Origin: Negaprion brevirostris
Lineage: Eukaryota
Length of the DNA: 64,000 nt
Reading direction: 5' to 3'
Assembly: GCA_030324005.1 (NCBI GenBank)
Contig: JARDVH010000137.1
Coordinates: 27,723,501 to 27,787,500 of the forward strand
This document shows, piece after piece, positions 63,051-64,000 of the stretch. Each line of letters opens with the position of its first letter. Within the stretch, counting starts at the first letter, position 1. The translations under genes and the position numbers were made by a program. The notes beneath the pieces were generated by a model that was not told the DNA's origin, did not search any database, and saw only the letters and a list, made by a program, of their open reading frames with translations.

Positions 63051-63377
63051 AAAAAAATCTTCAGTTGATAACTTATTTCAAAAAGTGTGCTTTTCCTCAA
63101 GCTTCTGCTCGAATCATTTTGTATAACTTCAAACCCAAAATCTGCTATTAACCAGCCCAATTGGACAGCATTTCAAAAGACAATCTTCTTCTTAAAAACA
63201 GAAAACTTTGCTTTAAAAAATGTTGCTGAGTTCTTTTCAGAGAAGTAACTTGGAACAGTCTGACAAAGTTAGCTGAAAATAGATATACCACCATTAATCA
63301 CTGTGCCAATCTGCAAGGAGCCAGATTTTAAATTATTGAAAATAACCTATTCAAAAATACAAAATCGTATTCCGTTG

Positions 63378-63705
63378 GAATCATAGAATCCTACAGTGCA
63401 GAAGGAGGCCATTCGGCTAATAAAGTCTGCATTGACCACAATCCCACCCAGGCCCTATCCCCATAACTTCATGTATTTACCCTCGCTAGTCCTACTGACA
63501 TTAAAGGTGCCATTTAGCATGGCCAATCCCCCTAACCTGCACATCTTTGGACTGTGTGAGGAAACTGGAGCACCCAGAGAAAACCCAATGCAGACATGGG
63601 GAGAATGTGCAGGCTCCACACAGACAGTGACCCAAGTCAGGAATTGAACCAGGGTTCCTGACGCTGTGAGGCAACAGTGCTAAACACTATGCCACAGTGC
63701 CGCCC
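63378..63705 (-). mobile_element. HE1-type V-SINE
   Basis: Complete head, V domain and tail. Confidence 0.9.
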
Positions 63706-64000
63706 TGTATCCATAGTAAATTCATTTAAAAATCAAGATTTTTTAAAAACGTGCCATTGGTGTATCTGTACCTAACTGAGCTTCCCTGCAGACCCACAAA
63801 TAAACACAGTTAGCAGAAATTCCCACCGGGGAGTAATTCAATCTGGAGGGAATGACCAGTTTTCTCTACAGAGTCAGCTTCTAGCTGACGCTTTGTGAAA
63901 CAGTACAAATAATTGTGATAACTTGATTTGTGCTGAGCATGAATTGCCCATTCAGTTTCACCATCTTGCGTGCTCATGACCCTGATTTTGGTTCAACTGC

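Overview
Eukaryotic, AT-rich, repeat-dense genomic DNA from a gapped draft assembly. It is most likely from a shark or ray, inferred from many HE1-type V-SINEs and their CR1/HER1-like partner LINEs. I found no intact protein-coding gene, RNA gene or CRISPR array; the ORF track is mostly decayed transposon protein or chance. The window is a stack of nested, decayed mobile elements: a GalEa-type Copia, Mag-type Gypsy LTR elements and solo LTRs, CR1, CR1/L2-like, Rex1 and RTE LINEs, Penelope-like elements with hammerhead-ribozyme remnants, Harbinger transposase fossils with GC-rich MITEs, and at least three SINE types. Between them lie repeat-poor, motif-rich islands (mainly 35-42 kb, also about 25, 51 and 54 kb) that look like vertebrate conserved non-coding enhancers, as in a gene desert or giant intron. 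A few possible + strand exons could not be assigned to a gene. I found no clearly novel system. The best leads are the internally deleted GalEa Copia, the Penelope hammerhead remnants, a V-SINE carrying a Rex1-like tail, and the putative enhancers. Family names come from motif recognition, not database searches, and most boundaries are approximate (about +/-20-50 bp).
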